Origin: an uncultured Pelagibacteraceae bacterium
GTDB lineage: Bacteria > Pseudomonadota > Alphaproteobacteria > Pelagibacterales > Pelagibacteraceae
NCBI GenBank assembly: GCA_902581695.1
Contig: CACHOW010000002.1
Span: forward strand, 277 to 64,276
Reading direction: 5' to 3'
DNA length: 64,000 bases
Both the position numbers and the translations under genes were made by a program. Below, in pieces: positions 50,264 to 63,694 of the stretch (positions are counted from its first letter, which is position 1; the number at the start of each line of letters is the position of its first letter). Under the pieces are notes generated by a model that saw nothing but the letters and a program-made list of their open reading frames with translations, ran no database searches and was not told the origin of the DNA.

Positions 50264-52219
50264 ATGAAATTTCCGATTCTATTACCTAACATTTTCAATC
50301 ATCCTTTTACATATGAAAGTGATTTAGATCTAAAAGTAGGCGATTATGTAGTAGTACCTTTTGGAAAATCCAAAATTACAGGAGTTGTTTGGGACGAATT
50401 TGAAAAAAAAAATAACAAAAATTTTGAAATTAAGACTGTTTTAAAAAAATTAAATGTAACTCCACTAAAAAAAACAACTATAAAATTTCTTAATTGGTTC
50501 GCTGAATATAATATAATTCCAAAGGGGATGGCTTTGAAATTGGTTCTATTAAGTAGTGATGCTATAGAAAAGTTTCAAAAAGAAGTTTTCAAGACTTTCA
50601 ATACTAATATTAGTGCAAGCACAATTAAACTTTCTGAGGAACAAAAAAGATCTTTAAAAAAAATGAATATTTCTAATGAAAAATTTAGAGTTCATGTACT
50701 TCAAGGTACAACAGGATCAGGCAAAACTGTTGTTTATTTTTCAGCTTTAAAAGAAATTATGAATAAAGATTTTCAAGGACTGATTTTACTACCTGAAATA
50801 GGTTTAACAAGTCAATTTGAAAAAAAGTTTTTAGAATTTTTTGGAATTACACCAGCAATCTGGCATTCTGGTATTTCAAAAAAAAGGAAAGAAATTATTT
50901 GGAGTGGGGTTGCGAATGGTGAAATTAAAGTTGTAATAGGAGCAAGATCATCCTTATTTTTACCATTTAAGAAATTAGGTTTAATTATTGTAGACGAAGA
51001 ACATGACCAATCATATAAGCAAGACGAAGGCGTCAGTTATAATGCAAGAGATATGGCAATCTCAAGAGCATCATTTGAAAATATTCCTATCAATTTGATA
51101 ACTGCTGTTCCATCAATTGAAACGTTTGAAAATATAAAAAAGGGTAAGTATAGTATTTCTAAATTAGAAAAACGTTATCAAAATGCATCTTTACCAAATT
51201 ATGAAATAATCAACCTCAATGAAACTAAATTAGAAAAACAGTCATGGCTTTCAAAAAAGATAATAGAAAAAGTAAATTTTCATCTTGATAAAGACGATCA
51301 GGTATTATTTTTTTTAAATCGGAGGGGATTTTCTCCGCATGTGCTTTGTAGCAAATGTTTCAATAGTTATTCATGTCCTAACTGTTCAATTAATTTAGTT
51401 TATCACAAAAATAAAAATAATTTGTTGTGTCACTATTGTGGTTTTAGAACAACTCTAAAAAGAAATTGTACAAAAGATGGGAATTGTGAAATTATTTTTA
51501 GTGGACCAGGAGTTGAAAGAATATCCGAGGAAGTAAAAAAAATATTTCCGTCAAAGAAAATAGAAATTTTTTCAAGTGATACTATGAATAAAAAAGATTC
51601 TGTTGTAAAGTTAGAAAAAATAATCAATAATCAGACTCAAATTTTAGTTGGTACACAATTAATTTCTAAAGGTTTTCACTTTCCAAACTTAAATTGTATT
51701 GTAGTAGTTGATATTGATCTTTCTTTAAATGGACACGATTTAAGGGGTGCTGAAAAAAACTTACAATTATATCATCAGCTTTCAGGAAGAGCAGGAAGAA
51801 CAGGCAAACCTGCAACAGTATATTTTCAGACTTTAAATAATAATCATAAAATGATTTTGGACCTAACAAATAGTAATCCCAATATCTTCCTAGATAAAGA
51901 GTTAGATATTAGAAAAAGAAATAAGCTTCCACCATTTCAAAGGTTTATTTCATTAATTTTAACTGGGGAAAATGAAGCTAAATTAGAGAAGGAGGCTTAC
52001 AAATTTAAAACTTTTATAGAAAACAAATTAGCTGGAAAAATTTTAGGACCAGTAAATGCACCAATATTTAGATTAAAAAAAAAATATAGAATTAGGTTGT
52101 TAATTAGAGGGGCAAAAACATTAAAATTACAAAATTCACTAGCAACGGCAATTCCAAATTACAAATTTCAACCAGGAATAAAACTATCAGTTGATGTTGA
52201 TCCAATAAACTTCAATTAA
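50264..52219 (+). CDS. priA: Primosomal protein N' (replication restart helicase)
   Basis: GTTGSGKT, DEEHD, FLNRRG, Cys-rich Zn region, QLSGRAGR, DVDP. Confidence 0.96.
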   Translation: MKFPILLPNIFNHPFTYESDLDLKVGDYVVVPFGKSKITGVVWDEFEKKNNKNFEIKTVLKKLNVTPLKKTTIKFLNWFAEYNIIPKGMALKLVLLSSDAIEKFQKEVFKTFNTNISASTIKLSEEQKRSLKKMNISNEKFRVHVLQGTTGSGKTVVYFSALKEIMNKDFQGLILLPEIGLTSQFEKKFLEFFGITPAIWHSGISKKRKEIIWSGVANGEIKVVIGARSSLFLPFKKLGLIIVDEEHDQSYKQDEGVSYNARDMAISRASFENIPINLITAVPSIETFENIKKGKYSISKLEKRYQNASLPNYEIINLNETKLEKQSWLSKKIIEKVNFHLDKDDQVLFFLNRRGFSPHVLCSKCFNSYSCPNCSINLVYHKNKNNLLCHYCGFRTTLKRNCTKDGNCEIIFSGPGVERISEEVKKIFPSKKIEIFSSDTMNKKDSVVKLEKIINNQTQILVGTQLISKGFHFPNLNCIVVVDIDLSLNGHDLRGAEKNLQLYHQLSGRAGRTGKPATVYFQTLNNNHKMILDLTNSNPNIFLDKELDIRKRNKLPPFQRFISLILTGENEAKLEKEAYKFKTFIENKLAGKILGPVNAPIFRLKKKYRIRLLIRGAKTLKLQNSLATAIPNYKFQPGIKLSVDVDPINFN

Positions 52220-52327
52220 TCCTCTAAAAGGCTGCATTTTAACAAATGTGCTACTTGAAGACATAATGGTCATATGTTAATTAAAGCGTGATTTTTAATT
52301 AATCTTCGACAATACATAGGAATCAAG

Positions 52328-52885
52328 TTGGGCAAAGACACAGAATTTTCAATTACTTCTGCTAAAAGGTATTCTCTTGCACTTTTTGAACTTGCAGCGG
52401 AAAATAGTTTATTAAGCCAAATAGAGAATCAATCTTTATCTATACTTAATTTAATAAATCAAAGTGATGATTTTTATAATTTAATAAAAGATCCAACTAT
52501 TAACCAAGAAGACTTATCAAAAGTAATAAATAAAATCATGGAAAAAAATGAATTTGATAAATTATTTAAAAATTTTCTAAATTTTTTAATTCAAAAAAGA
52601 CGTTTCTTCTTTATTAAGAATATTCTTGAAAGCTTTATTGAGACTTGTTCAATAAAAAGAGGTGAACTGAAAGCTGAATTAAAATCAGCAAAAAATTTAT
52701 CAACTGAAGAAATAACAAAAATAAAAGAGTTGTTAACTAAAAATTTTAGCTCAAAAATAAAATTAAACTATAAACACGATGAAAGTTTAATAGGAGGTTT
52801 AGTAGTGCAAGTCGGAAGTACTATGGTTGATACTTCAATTAAAAATAAATTACAACAAATCGAAAATAGAATGATAGAGGCATAA
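52328..52885 (+). CDS. atpH: ATP synthase F1 delta
   Basis: AKRYSLALF, D.SLIGGLVVQVGS.MVDTS; TTG start; precedes atpA. Confidence 0.95.
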   Translation: MGKDTEFSITSAKRYSLALFELAAENSLLSQIENQSLSILNLINQSDDFYNLIKDPTINQEDLSKVINKIMEKNEFDKLFKNFLNFLIQKRRFFFIKNILESFIETCSIKRGELKAELKSAKNLSTEEITKIKELLTKNFSSKIKLNYKHDESLIGGLVVQVGSTMVDTSIKNKLQQIENRMIEA

Positions 52886-54421
52886 ATGGAAATAAATCCG
52901 TCAGAAGTTACAAAGATATTAAAAGAACAAATTAAAAACTTTGGTGATAAAGCCGAAGTCACAGAAGTTGGACAAGTTTTGTCTGTAGGAGATGGTATTG
53001 CTAGAATCTACGGTCTAGATAATGTACAGGCTGGAGAAATGGTAGAGTTTGCAGATGGATCAAAAGGGATGGCACTTAATTTAGAGAGTGAAAATGTTGG
53101 TGTTGTAATTTTTGGTGATGATAGAAATATAAAAGAGGGTGATGTAGTAAAAAGAACTGGTAATATTGTCGACACTCCTGTTGGAAAAGAATTATTAGGA
53201 AGAGTAGTTGATGGCTTAGGCAATCCAATTGACGGCAAAGGACCATTAAGCAAAACTGTTAAAAAAACTAGAGTAGAAGTAAAAGCACCAGGAATTATTC
53301 CTCGACAATCAGTTAGTGAGCCAATGCAAACTGGATTGAAATCAATTGATAGTTTGGTTCCAATTGGAAGAGGTCAAAGAGAATTAATTATTGGTGATAG
53401 ACAAACTGGAAAAACTGCTGTTGCTGTAGATGCAATTATCAACCAAAAAAAAATAAATGAGTCTGGAGATGAAAAACAAAAATTATATTGCATATACGTT
53501 GCAGTAGGACAAAAAAGATCAACTGTTAGACAAATTCAAAAAACATTAGAAGAAGCAGGTGCAATGGAATATACAACTATTGTTGCAGCTACAGCATCTG
53601 ATTCCGCACCTTTACAATTTTTAGCACCATATACAGGATGTGCTATGGGTGAATACTTTAGAGATAATGGAATGCACGCATTAATTATTTATGATGATTT
53701 ATCTAAGCAAGCAGTCGCATATAGACAAATGTCACTTTTGTTAAGAAGACCTCCAGGGCGTGAAGCTTATCCAGGAGATGTATTCTACTTGCATAGCAGA
53801 TTACTTGAGAGAGCTGCAAAACTAAGTGATGAACATGGTGGTGGATCATTAACAGCACTTCCAATTATTGAAACTCAGGGTGGAGATGTATCTGCATTTA
53901 TTCCTACCAATGTAATTTCAATTACAGATGGCCAAATTTTCTTAGAAACTGAATTATTTAACCAAGGTATTAGGCCAGCAATTAACGTTGGCTTATCAGT
54001 ATCTAGAGTTGGATCATCAGCCCAAACTAAAGCAATGAAAAAAGTTTCTGGTTCGATGAAATTGGAATTAGCTCAATATAGGGAGATGGCAGCGTTTGCT
54101 CAATTTGGATCTGATTTAGATGCCTCTACTCAACAACTTTTAAATAGAGGCTCTAAATTAACTGAGCTCTTAAAACAAAAACAATATTCGCCAATGACTG
54201 TTGCAGAACAAGTGATATCTGTTTTCTGTGGTGTTAAAGGTTATCTTGATGATATTGAATTAAAAGATGTTGCTGATTTTGAGAGCAAGATTATCGAGAG
54301 ATGCAAAACAGATAAACCCGAAATAATAGAGGGAATTCAAAGCTCAGGTAAGCTTGATGATGATAAAGAGAAATTGCTTGTAGAGGTAATTACTCAATTG
54401 AAAGTAAATTTTAAATCATAA
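52886..54421 (+). CDS. atpA: ATP synthase F1 alpha
   Basis: [36 protein letters not shown]. Confidence 0.99.
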   Translation: MEINPSEVTKILKEQIKNFGDKAEVTEVGQVLSVGDGIARIYGLDNVQAGEMVEFADGSKGMALNLESENVGVVIFGDDRNIKEGDVVKRTGNIVDTPVGKELLGRVVDGLGNPIDGKGPLSKTVKKTRVEVKAPGIIPRQSVSEPMQTGLKSIDSLVPIGRGQRELIIGDRQTGKTAVAVDAIINQKKINESGDEKQKLYCIYVAVGQKRSTVRQIQKTLEEAGAMEYTTIVAATASDSAPLQFLAPYTGCAMGEYFRDNGMHALIIYDDLSKQAVAYRQMSLLLRRPPGREAYPGDVFYLHSRLLERAAKLSDEHGGGSLTALPIIETQGGDVSAFIPTNVISITDGQIFLETELFNQGIRPAINVGLSVSRVGSSAQTKAMKKVSGSMKLELAQYREMAAFAQFGSDLDASTQQLLNRGSKLTELLKQKQYSPMTVAEQVISVFCGVKGYLDDIELKDVADFESKIIERCKTDKPEIIEGIQSSGKLDDDKEKLLVEVITQLKVNFKS

Positions 54422-54427
54422 TTTTAT

Positions 54428-56720
<2,293 letters not shown>

Positions 56721-56721
<1 letters not shown>

Positions 56722-57113
56722 TGAGTGAAGAATTTAAAATTGAAATAGTTAACCCTGAAAAATCTTTCTTAGCTAGAGAGGATATTATAGAAGCTATTGT
56801 TCCTGCTTTCGAAGGAGAGATGGGTATCCTTAAAGATCATATCTCTATTATTTCTTTTTTAAAACCAGGCATTATTAGAATAATAACTAATTCAGATGAT
56901 GAAAGTTACTTTGTTGAAGATGGCATTGTTGAATTTAAAAATAATAATCTGTCAATACTAACAAGTTCGATTATTAATCTTTCAGAGATGGATAAATCTA
57001 AAAAAGAAGAGTTAATCAAAAAGTCTGAGGAAGAAGCAAAGGATTTAGAAATGAGTGATCAATCTAAATTTTTAGTGGATCAAAAAATTGAAGTTTTAAA
57101 ATCACTTAATTAA
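56721..57113 (+). CDS. atpC: ATP synthase F1 epsilon
   Basis: IVNPE, GEMGILKDH, LKPG; follows atpD. Confidence 0.93.
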
Positions 57114-57582
57114 TAATTTTTTTAATTTTATCTTTAAGTTCTTTATAAACATGAAGTTTGAAATCTACTGCTACTTCAGTAATCATGTCTAATTCTATCC
57201 ACCTCCACTCTAAAAATTCAGGTTTTTTTGTTTTAATATTTATATCATTGTCTTTACCCAAAAATCTCATGACAAACCATTTTTGTTTCTGACCTTTGTA
57301 TTTACCTTTCCATATAATGCCTAATAAGTGATTGGGAAGTTCGTAAGTTAAAGTTCCATCTATTTCTTGAATTAATTTTACATTCTTGATACTCGTTTCT
57401 TCTTCTAACTCTCTATATGCAGCAGTTAAAAAATCTTCTCCCTCATCAACACCTCCCTGAGGCATTTGCCAAAAATTTTTAGGATTATCAATTCTTTTTG
57501 CTACAAAAACTTTATTTTTATTATTTAATACAACTATACCCACTCCATTTCTTAGAGGTAAATTTTTAAATTTTTCGTCCAT
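57106..57582 (-). CDS. rppH: RNA pyrophosphohydrolase (Nudix)
   Basis: WQMPQGGVDEGE..AAYRELEEETS Nudix box, GQKQKWF, FK..VY. Confidence 0.94.
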   Translation of the reverse strand: MDEKFKNLPLRNGVGIVVLNNKNKVFVAKRIDNPKNFWQMPQGGVDEGEDFLTAAYRELEEETSIKNVKLIQEIDGTLTYELPNHLLGIIWKGKYKGQKQKWFVMRFLGKDNDINIKTKKPEFLEWRWIELDMITEVAVDFKLHVYKELKDKIKKIIN

Positions 57583-57583
57583 T

Positions 57584-58723
57584 TTAACCGTTGAGTAGTT
57601 TAATGGCGTAGTTTAATTGATTATCTGTTTCTGTTTTGATTCTAAATTCATTTGTCTCCTCTACTATTTCTATATCTGGAGATACACCAACTTCAGAGAT
57701 AGATTTTCCAGATGGAAGGTAATATTTGGCTATTGTTAATCTTATAGCGCCATCATTTTTTAATGGTATTATCGATTGTACAGATCCTTTTCCAAAACTA
57801 TTTTCACCTAGCAAAATAGCTCTTTTGTGATCCTTTAAGGCTCCTGCAACTATTTCAGAGGCTGAGGCTGATCCATAATTAATTAAAACAATTAATGATT
57901 TTCCATTGGTTAAGTCACCTTTTTTAGCAAACCATTTTCTATTCTCTGAGGTTTTTCTACTTTTTGTGGAAACTATTTCTCCGTTATCAAGGAAAAAATC
58001 AGAAATTCTTATTGCCTGGGAAAGCAGGCCACCAGGGTTGTTTCTCAAATCTAAAATATATGCTTTAACTTCTTTATTTTTTTCAAATTTTTTTATTTGT
58101 TTCTCAATTTGAATATCACTGTTTTCATTAAATGAGGTTAACCTGATATATCCTATATTTTTTTCTAACAGATCTGCTTTTACAGATTGAATTTGAATAA
58201 TTTCTCTAACAATGTTGAACTTAAGTGCTTTTTTTTCACCCCTTCTTCTTACCGTTAATTCAATTCCTGATCCAACTGGGCCTCTCATTAAATCTACAGC
58301 CTCACTTAAGGATTTTCCTTGGACTTGGATATTGTTAATTTTTACAATATAGTCTCCAGCTTTGATACCAGCTTTAGATGCCGGAGTATCATCAATGGGT
58401 GATATAACTTTTACCACTCCTGACTCCATACTTACTTCAATACCTAGCCCTCCAAACTTACCACTGGTCTCTGTTTGCATTTCATTAAATATTTCAGGAG
58501 ACATATAAGAAGAGTATGGATCTAAAGATTGAAGAAGTCCGTTTATTGCTGAGTCCATACTTTCGGATTGATCAATTTCATCTACATACTCTTTATTGAT
58601 CTTTTCAAGAACTTCACCAAATAAATCAATTTTTTGGTAAATATCACTTTCTGAAGAATTTACTGAAGGAAAAAAAACTAGGTTAATTAAAAATATTATT
58701 ATGAAAATTCTTTTTTTATTCAT
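57584..58723 (-). CDS. ctpA: Carboxyl-terminal processing protease, S41A family
   Basis: Signal peptide (ATG 58723), LDPYS, GLG PDZ, DLRNNPGG, SASASE (Ser), FGKGSVQ (Lys). Confidence 0.93.
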   Translation of the reverse strand: MNKKRIFIIIFLINLVFFPSVNSSESDIYQKIDLFGEVLEKINKEYVDEIDQSESMDSAINGLLQSLDPYSSYMSPEIFNEMQTETSGKFGGLGIEVSMESGVVKVISPIDDTPASKAGIKAGDYIVKINNIQVQGKSLSEAVDLMRGPVGSGIELTVRRRGEKKALKFNIVREIIQIQSVKADLLEKNIGYIRLTSFNENSDIQIEKQIKKFEKNKEVKAYILDLRNNPGGLLSQAIRISDFFLDNGEIVSTKSRKTSENRKWFAKKGDLTNGKSLIVLINYGSASASEIVAGALKDHKRAILLGENSFGKGSVQSIIPLKNDGAIRLTIAKYYLPSGKSISEVGVSPDIEIVEETNEFRIKTETDNQLNYAIKLLNG

Positions 58724-59070
58724 ATTATTAATTTCTCTTTTGGTATTAATTCTGACCACATCTTTTCCAATTCATAGAATTTTCTTTTTTCTGGATGAAA
58801 AATATGAATAACCAGATCAATACCATCAACTAATTTCCATTCATTACTGTCTTTACCTTCAATTTTAGAGTCTTTAATTCCATTATCTTTTAATTTATCT
58901 AAAACTTGCTCAGATAAAGATTGAATATGTCTTGAAGACGTACCACTTGCAATTATCATAAAATCAGCCATTGAGCTTTTATCTTTTAGGTCAATACTGA
59001 CTATGTCTAATGCTTTATTTATATCTAAGGTATTAATGATAATTTTTTTTAAATCTGATATTTTGTCCAT
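58720..59070 (-). CDS. rsfS: Ribosome silencing factor
   Basis: KALDI, IASGTSSRH, WKLVD, HIF..EKR.FYELEKMW. Confidence 0.95.
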   Translation of the reverse strand: MDKISDLKKIIINTLDINKALDIVSIDLKDKSSMADFMIIASGTSSRHIQSLSEQVLDKLKDNGIKDSKIEGKDSNEWKLVDGIDLVIHIFHPEKRKFYELEKMWSELIPKEKLII

Positions 59071-59087
59071 TAATTGTTTCAACCTTA

Positions 59088-59606
59088 TCAAATTTTTCTC
59101 AATTGAGAAGATGAAATATTGACTTTATCAAATTCAATAAATTTCAGATTTTTGTTATTTAACCTTTTAAATGTTATTGAATTTAAAGATTTTTTTTTGT
59201 ACCCGTGACGGTCAAAAACTAAAATATTACATTTTTGTGAAATTGATTTCCATTTATGCCATTTATGAAAATTAACTAGATTGTCAGCACCCATTAAAAA
59301 ATAGATTTCATTCTTTTTATTTTTAGTAAGGTAATTAATCAAATTTATAGTTTTATTTGATTTAATTTTATTTTCATAAAATCTTACTGATATAAAGTTG
59401 TTTCTTCCTATTATCTTTTTGCAATAATTTATTCTCTTTAAAAGTTTTGTTGTACTTTTTTTTTTTAAAGGATTTTTATTTGTAATAGCCCAAACTATTT
59501 GTTCAAGATTTAATCTTTTTTTTGCTTCTTTCGAGATTGCTAAATGTCCTTTGTGAGCAGGGTCAAAAGAACCACCTAGAATTCCAATTTTTTTTTTTAA
59601 ATTCAA
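59088..59606 (-). CDS. nadD: Nicotinate-nucleotide adenylyltransferase
   Basis: GGSFDPAHKGH, MGADN, ISSSQLR. Confidence 0.93.
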   Translation of the reverse strand: MNLKKKIGILGGSFDPAHKGHLAISKEAKKRLNLEQIVWAITNKNPLKKKSTTKLLKRINYCKKIIGRNNFISVRFYENKIKSNKTINLINYLTKNKKNEIYFLMGADNLVNFHKWHKWKSISQKCNILVFDRHGYKKKSLNSITFKRLNNKNLKFIEFDKVNISSSQLRKI

Positions 59607-59607
59607 T

Positions 59608-60858
59608 TTATTTCCTTACTTTTCCTTTACTAGAAACTTGATATTTGTAAGAGACTAACTGATTTAAACCCACTGGGCCACGTGGCGGAAGAGTGTTTGT
59701 TGAGATTCCTACCTCTCCTCCAAAACCAAATTCTCCTCCATCTGCAAATTGTGTTGAAGTATTGTGCATTGCTATAGAACTTTTTACCTCTTTTAGAAAT
59801 TTTTTTGCTGCTTTATTATTTTGAGTTATTATAGAGTCAGTATGCATAGTCCCGTATCTATTTATATGATTTATGGCTTCGTCTAAGTTTTTAACTGATT
59901 TAACTGAAACAGTTGATGATAAGTGCTCCTTCGACCAATCCTTGTTGGTAGCTTTTTGAACTTTCCCTTTGTAAAATTTTTTAATCTTATTGTCTCCAAT
60001 AATTTTACATCCATTATTTTCCAAATTTTTTAAAATTGAATTTCCTAACTTTTTAATTATCTTTTCATGCAGAAGAATCGTTTCAGTTGCTCCACAGATG
60101 GCAGTATTTCTCAATTTTGCGTTATGGATTACTTTTTGAGCAATTTTAGGATTTGCATCTTTGTCAACATATGAGTGACAAATACCTTCCAAATGTCCAA
60201 TTGTTGGAATATTTGAGAGACTTTGAATTTTTTTTACCAAACTTTTCCCTCCTCTTGGAATCATCACATCAATAAATTTTCTCATTTTAGTTAATAAAAA
60301 ATCAACAACTCTTCTCTCTTTAATATTTATAAATTGAACAAAATTCTCATCAACTTTATTTTTTTTAAGAGCTTTTCTAAAAAAATTTGAAAGTATTTTA
60401 TTTGAATAAAAAGCCTCAGAGCCACCCTTTAAGATAACTGAATTTCCAGATTTAAAACACAATGCAGCAACATCAGCTGTTACATTTGGTCTACTTTCAT
60501 ATATTACGCTTATAACCCCAATTGGGATCGTTACTTTAGAAATTTTTAAACCACTAGGTCTTTTCCAGCTTTCCAAAACAAAATTAGTTGGATCTTTTAA
60601 TTTTACAATATTATTTATTGAATGAGTAATATTTAGAATTTTTTCATTATTTAAAATTAACCTTTTAATTAAATTATCATTTATTTTTTTTCTGTATGCA
60701 TTTTTAACGTCTTTTAAATTTTCTTTAAGAATTAATTTTTTATTTTTGTTAATTAAATTACTATAATCTTTTAAAACTTTATTTTTTTTTGAAGTATCAA
60801 TTTGACTTAAAAAAGCTTTTTTTGATTTTTTTCCAATATTTAGTAATAAATTTCTCAT
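59608..60858 (-). CDS. proA: Gamma-glutamyl phosphate reductase
   Basis: IYESRPNVT, LKGGSEA, PRGG, CGATET, FADGGEFGFGGEVGIST, RGPVGL. Confidence 0.96.
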   Translation of the reverse strand: MRNLLLNIGKKSKKAFLSQIDTSKKNKVLKDYSNLINKNKKLILKENLKDVKNAYRKKINDNLIKRLILNNEKILNITHSINNIVKLKDPTNFVLESWKRPSGLKISKVTIPIGVISVIYESRPNVTADVAALCFKSGNSVILKGGSEAFYSNKILSNFFRKALKKNKVDENFVQFINIKERRVVDFLLTKMRKFIDVMIPRGGKSLVKKIQSLSNIPTIGHLEGICHSYVDKDANPKIAQKVIHNAKLRNTAICGATETILLHEKIIKKLGNSILKNLENNGCKIIGDNKIKKFYKGKVQKATNKDWSKEHLSSTVSVKSVKNLDEAINHINRYGTMHTDSIITQNNKAAKKFLKEVKSSIAMHNTSTQFADGGEFGFGGEVGISTNTLPPRGPVGLNQLVSYKYQVSSKGKVRK

Positions 60859-61964
60859 TATAATTCTACCATATCATCTTTATGAACCACTTCAGATTTT
60901 GACACGTATCCAAGTATTTTTTGAATTTCGTTTGAATGACAACCCATAATTTTATTAATTTCCTCTGATGAAAAAGAGCTAAGAGCTCTAGCAAATTCAT
61001 TTCCTTTATTATCTAAAATCTTAATATGATCTCCTTTGTCAAATTTTCCCACAACTTTTTTTATGCCTGCAGCTAATAAACTTTTACCTTTTTTAATAGC
61101 TTTTTTGGCACCATCATCAATTAGAACCTCTCCCTTTGAGGAAATAGAACTTATTATCCATCTTTTCCTAGCTTGTAATTTTGAAATTTTAGGAATGAAC
61201 CAAGTACAATTTCTCTTTTCCTGTATTTGACTAATTGGGTTTAAGTATAAACCATTAGCAATAATCATATTACAACCAGATAAGTTACAAATTTTAGCTG
61301 CTTCGATTTTGGTATTCATTCCACCACTTCCAAGTTCAGTCATACCTTGAGTATTAATATCAATGATATCTTTATTTAAATCATCAACTTGTTTTATCAA
61401 TTTTGCATCCTTAAATATTTTAGGGTTTTTTGTATAAAGTCCATCAACATCAGATAACAAAATTAATGTGTCCGCGTTTGTAATTTGTGCAACCCTTGAT
61501 GCAAGTCTATCATTGTCTCCATATTTAATCTCTGATGTTGCAATAGTGTCATTTTCATTAACTATTGGTATATAATTGAGCTTAAATAAATTTTCAAAAG
61601 TTCGTTTTGCATTGATAGACCTTTTTCTCTCTTCAGTGTCATCCAAAGTTATTAAAATTTGAGAAATGTTTAATTTATACTTAGAAAATATTTGTGAAAA
61701 AAGATTCATTAATTGTATTTGACCTATAGATGCTACAGCTTGACTTTTATCAAGTTTAAGATTTTTTTTATTATAGTTCATTTTTTTGCATCCCAAAGCG
61801 ATAGCGCCTGAGCTTACAATTATTATTTTCTTATTTTTAGATCTTAATTTTTTTACGTCTTTCGCAAAACTAGATAGCCATTTTTTTCTAATATTTCTGT
61901 TTTTATCAACTAACAAGGAAGAGCCAATCTTTAGTACAATTATTTTAGAGTTTTTAAGAAGCAT
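60858..61964 (-). CDS. proB: Glutamate 5-kinase with PUA domain
   Basis: KIGSS, VSSGA, NEND, GDNDRL, GSGGM.TK, VVHKDD. Confidence 0.97.
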   Translation of the reverse strand: MLLKNSKIIVLKIGSSLLVDKNRNIRKKWLSSFAKDVKKLRSKNKKIIIVSSGAIALGCKKMNYNKKNLKLDKSQAVASIGQIQLMNLFSQIFSKYKLNISQILITLDDTEERKRSINAKRTFENLFKLNYIPIVNENDTIATSEIKYGDNDRLASRVAQITNADTLILLSDVDGLYTKNPKIFKDAKLIKQVDDLNKDIIDINTQGMTELGSGGMNTKIEAAKICNLSGCNMIIANGLYLNPISQIQEKRNCTWFIPKISKLQARKRWIISSISSKGEVLIDDGAKKAIKKGKSLLAAGIKKVVGKFDKGDHIKILDNKGNEFARALSSFSSEEINKIMGCHSNEIQKILGYVSKSEVVHKDDMVEL

Positions 61965-62937
61965 AAGATATTAATTTTGCCTTAACTTGTGAAATAGAAC
62001 TTTTTTTAAGAGTTGATAATAGGATAACTTCAGATGATGTAATTTTTGAAAATTCTTTTATGATTTTTTTGATATCATTTTTATCAACCAAGTCTGTTTT
62101 GTTTAAAACCACCAACTCTTTTTTTTTTGAAAGTTTTGAGCTATATTTTTTTAACTCATTTTTAACTTGTTTGTAGTTTTTTTTAAGGTCTTTATTTGTT
62201 ATATCAATCATATGCAAAAGTGATTTACATCTTTCTATGTGTTTTAAAAATTGTATCCCAAGGCCAGTTCCTTTATGAGCACCCTCTACCAAACCTGGAA
62301 TATCTGCAATAGTTACCTCTTTATCGTCATAATTAGCCACACCAAGATTCGGATTTAAGGTTGTAAATTGATAGTTTGCGATCTTGGGATTTGCGTTTGT
62401 TACTGCAGCTAATAGGCTTGATTTACCCGCGTTAGGTAAACCGATTATTCCAATGTCAGCAATTGTTTTTAATTGTAGATAAATAATAAACTCTTCACCA
62501 ACACTGCCTTTTGTAAATTTTCTTGGTGCTCTATTGGTAGAACTTTTAAATCTAGTATTTCCGAGACCTCCTTTACCACCATTAGCAGCAACAAATTTCT
62601 CTCCAACTTTTACAAAATCATAAATTAAAGTTTTGTTATCCTCTTCAAAAACTTGCGTACCTAGAGGTACTTTTAGCACTAAATCATCTCCACTCTTACC
62701 CGTACGATTCTGACCTGAGCCATTCACACCTCTTTTTGCTTTATGATGTTGTTGATATCTAAAATCGATCAAAGTATTAAGATTTTGTTCAGCTTTTAAT
62801 ATTACTGAACCACCATTACCACCATCGCCACCATCAGGTCCACCATATTCAATAAATTTTTCCCTTCTAAAACTTGGAGAACCATCTCCACCGTTTCCAG
62901 CTTTGATATAAATTTTTACTTGATCTAAGAATTTCAT
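61954..62937 (-). CDS. obgE: GTPase ObgE/CgtA
   Basis: Gly-rich Obg domain, GLPNAGKS, FTTL.P, DIPG, NKTD. Confidence 0.98.
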   Translation of the reverse strand: MKFLDQVKIYIKAGNGGDGSPSFRREKFIEYGGPDGGDGGNGGSVILKAEQNLNTLIDFRYQQHHKAKRGVNGSGQNRTGKSGDDLVLKVPLGTQVFEEDNKTLIYDFVKVGEKFVAANGGKGGLGNTRFKSSTNRAPRKFTKGSVGEEFIIYLQLKTIADIGIIGLPNAGKSSLLAAVTNANPKIANYQFTTLNPNLGVANYDDKEVTIADIPGLVEGAHKGTGLGIQFLKHIERCKSLLHMIDITNKDLKKNYKQVKNELKKYSSKLSKKKELVVLNKTDLVDKNDIKKIIKEFSKITSSEVILLSTLKKSSISQVKAKLISYAS

Positions 62938-62964
62938 AATACAACGCTAGTTTAAGTTGTACTA

Positions 62965-63219
62965 TTAATTGGGTTTTACTGAAACAAAAGTTCGATCTGA
63001 TTTAGTCTTTCTAAAAACGACTTTCCCTTTTACTACTGAAAAAATTGAATGATCTTTGCCCATGCCAACATTTTCCCCAGGAAATATTTTAGTGCCTCTT
63101 TGTCTAACAATAATATTACCAGGTATCACAGTTTCACCACCATATTTTTTAACACCAAGTCTTCTACCGGCACTATCACGTCCGTTTCTAGATGATCCAC
63201 CTGCTTTTTTTGTTGCCAT
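62965..63219 (-). CDS. rpmA: 50S ribosomal protein L27
   Basis: [28 protein letters not shown]. Confidence 0.98.
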   Translation of the reverse strand: MATKKAGGSSRNGRDSAGRRLGVKKYGGETVIPGNIIVRQRGTKIFPGENVGMGKDHSIFSVVKGKVVFRKTKSDRTFVSVKPN

Positions 63220-63232
63220 AAACTATTCCTAA

Positions 63233-63631
63233 TTATTTATTTACTTCTTTCTTAGGCACTTCTTTTTTTGAAGGCTTCGAAATTTTCTCAGCTTCAGATA
63301 AAACTTTACCATCTTTTGAAAAAATTTTGTTTATTCTTATCATAGAATATTCTTGTCTGTGACCATTTTTTCTTCTTGAATTTTGTCTTCTTCTTTTTTT
63401 GAATATTAAAATTGTTCTATTTTTACTATTTTTGATTAAATTTGCCTCCACTCTAGCCCCTTGAACGGTCGGTGTTCCAACTTCAATCATTTTGTTATCA
63501 CCATAAGCTAAAATTTCTTTAAATTCAATTTTAGTATCTGCTTTAGAATCTGGTAATTTTTCTACTTTAATGATTTCACCAGATTTTACTTTATACTGTT
63601 TTCCACCTGTTTGTATTACTGCGTATGACAT
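63233..63631 (-). CDS. rplU: 50S ribosomal protein L21 with Lys/Glu-rich tail
   Basis: YAVIQTGGKQYKV, FKKRRRQNSRRKNGHRQ; ATG 63631. Confidence 0.97.
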   Translation of the reverse strand: MSYAVIQTGGKQYKVKSGEIIKVEKLPDSKADTKIEFKEILAYGDNKMIEVGTPTVQGARVEANLIKNSKNRTILIFKKRRRQNSRRKNGHRQEYSMIRINKIFSKDGKVLSEAEKISKPSKKEVPKKEVNK

Positions 63632-63656
63632 AATGTTTGAATTATTTTGTAATCGC

Positions 63657-63684
63657 AATATAGTCCGAGGAAGGCTTAAGTCAA
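63657..63684 (-). promoter_or_regulatory. Putative sigma70 promoter of rplU-rpmA
   Basis: Minus strand TTGACT, 16 nt spacer, TATATT, followed by GCG. Confidence 0.65.
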
Positions 63685-63694
63685 GGTCTATAAG

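Noticed and set aside
52220-52327. priA-atpH intergenic region as an ncRNA
   Set aside because: No convincing stems; most simply the atp operon promoter and leader
62940-62961. TACAAC/GTTGTA inverted repeat between rpmA and obgE
   Set aside because: 6-bp AT-rich stem with a 10-nt loop and no U-tract; too weak to call a terminator or regulatory RNA
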